From the NCBI GenBank assembly GCA_036172245.1, contig JAYWIR010000014.1:2728001-2792000 (forward strand): 64,000 nt of DNA. Reading direction: 5' to 3'. The position numbers and the translations under genes were made by a program. Within the stretch, counting starts at the first letter, position 1. Each line of letters opens with the position of its first letter. Origin of the DNA: Raillietiella orientalis (taxonomy: Eukaryota). The notes beneath the pieces were generated by a model that saw only the letters and a program-made list of their open reading frames with translations, was not told the DNA's origin and did no database searches. Below, in pieces: positions 63,100-64,000 of the stretch.

Positions 63100-64000
63100 C
63101 TTGTTCATCATTCCGAAAGATCACTTTGTAGTACACATGGAACATTCTGTACGCTGGTACTCCCGCACACGTTTTCCTTCGGCCGAGCGCAGACAAAAAG
63201 CCCAAGCTCCAAATCATTTTACAATCTCGGGTATCGATTATTCTGGATGTTCTTGCAGATCCGACAAGAACAACAAGTGGGTGCTTTATCGAAAGAAAAA
63301 GAAAAGGAACTAAATATAGCACCAGCTTCTTTATCTATGCATCGTAGACAAGACGGGAACAGCTCATCATGGAACGAGAACCCATCTCACGATGCCAACT
63401 TCAGCACGGAATCCACTTAAAGGCGAACAGTTTGTTCCACGCTCTATTGCTCCGGTCAGGCGTGCTCCTTCTATCGAAATTCTATCTGCTTTCCCAGATC
63501 CAATGCGAACGAGACGAAAGCTGGATCTAGGAGTAGCAAAGCCAACTGAGAACAGCGAACCTTAGGGGATTCTTTGCCATGACTGAAAACTCTTCAACTC
63601 GAGCTTATTAAGCACAAATCATCGGGAACAGATTAATAGAATACGGAGCATCGGAAAATGCTTTTAAAGGTGCGGGGTCCAGGAGCAGGAAAGTAATTCC
63701 CATCCGTGTCTCTTCCGTCCCAATCTGATGCCAGCCGAGTCTGTTTATTAGCGAGATTTCAGGGGCTCCGGGCTCACAAAGATCCTTTCCTTTTGAAATT
63801 CCACACCACTTCTTTGGATGTTCTTTCTGGCAGAACAAAAAAAAGTCGGTTGATCAAGAGGGAGTCCCTTTATAACTTCATCACTTCCAAATAGTTGACT
63901 AACTTTTTGGCATGCGTTGTTAGGCGTGTCTCCCCACTGCGATCAGCTAGGAATCCGAGTTCGTCTGGCTGTCTTTGTGTTAAGCACAGTGCAGCTCCTC
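63100..64000 (-). mobile_element. Highly decayed Ty1/copia-like integrase remnant
   Basis: Ordered but frameshifted peptides on the minus strand: VIKGLPLDQPTFFC (cf. V.GLP....FC..C), IGTEETRMGITFLLLD (cf. GP....S.GG..YFLL.VD), PEQ*SVE (cf. PEQNGVAER), FGAWAF, AYRMFH...KV. Confidence 0.4.

Overview
Eukaryotic, probably arthropod, nuclear DNA. There are two intact spliced genes on the minus strand: a TRMT2B-like tRNA/rRNA m5U methyltransferase with very small introns (mostly 41-53 nt), and an 8-exon Orb2/CPEB2-4-class RNA-binding protein of about 785 aa. A truncated FUBP/PSI KH-domain fragment lies near 12 kb. Between the genes (about 20-37 kb) is a dense nest of L1/Tx1-like non-LTR retrotransposons. 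The most striking observation is a Russian-doll arrangement in that nest. 5'-truncated copies sharing a conserved 3'-terminal hairpin have inserted, with target-site duplications (TSDs) and antisense to their host, at the same nucleotide of the reverse transcriptase (RT) motif D-L-x-x-A-F-D (GCN TTC GA|) of two divergent related elements, one nested inside the other. Other copies re-hit a single site in an ORF1, and nearly all inserts are antisense to the element they interrupt. The window also contains decayed MULE, hAT-Charlie and copia-like remnants, an ND4 NUMT inside a CPEB intron, and a (TA)26 microsatellite. All calls are by eye; no database searches were run.
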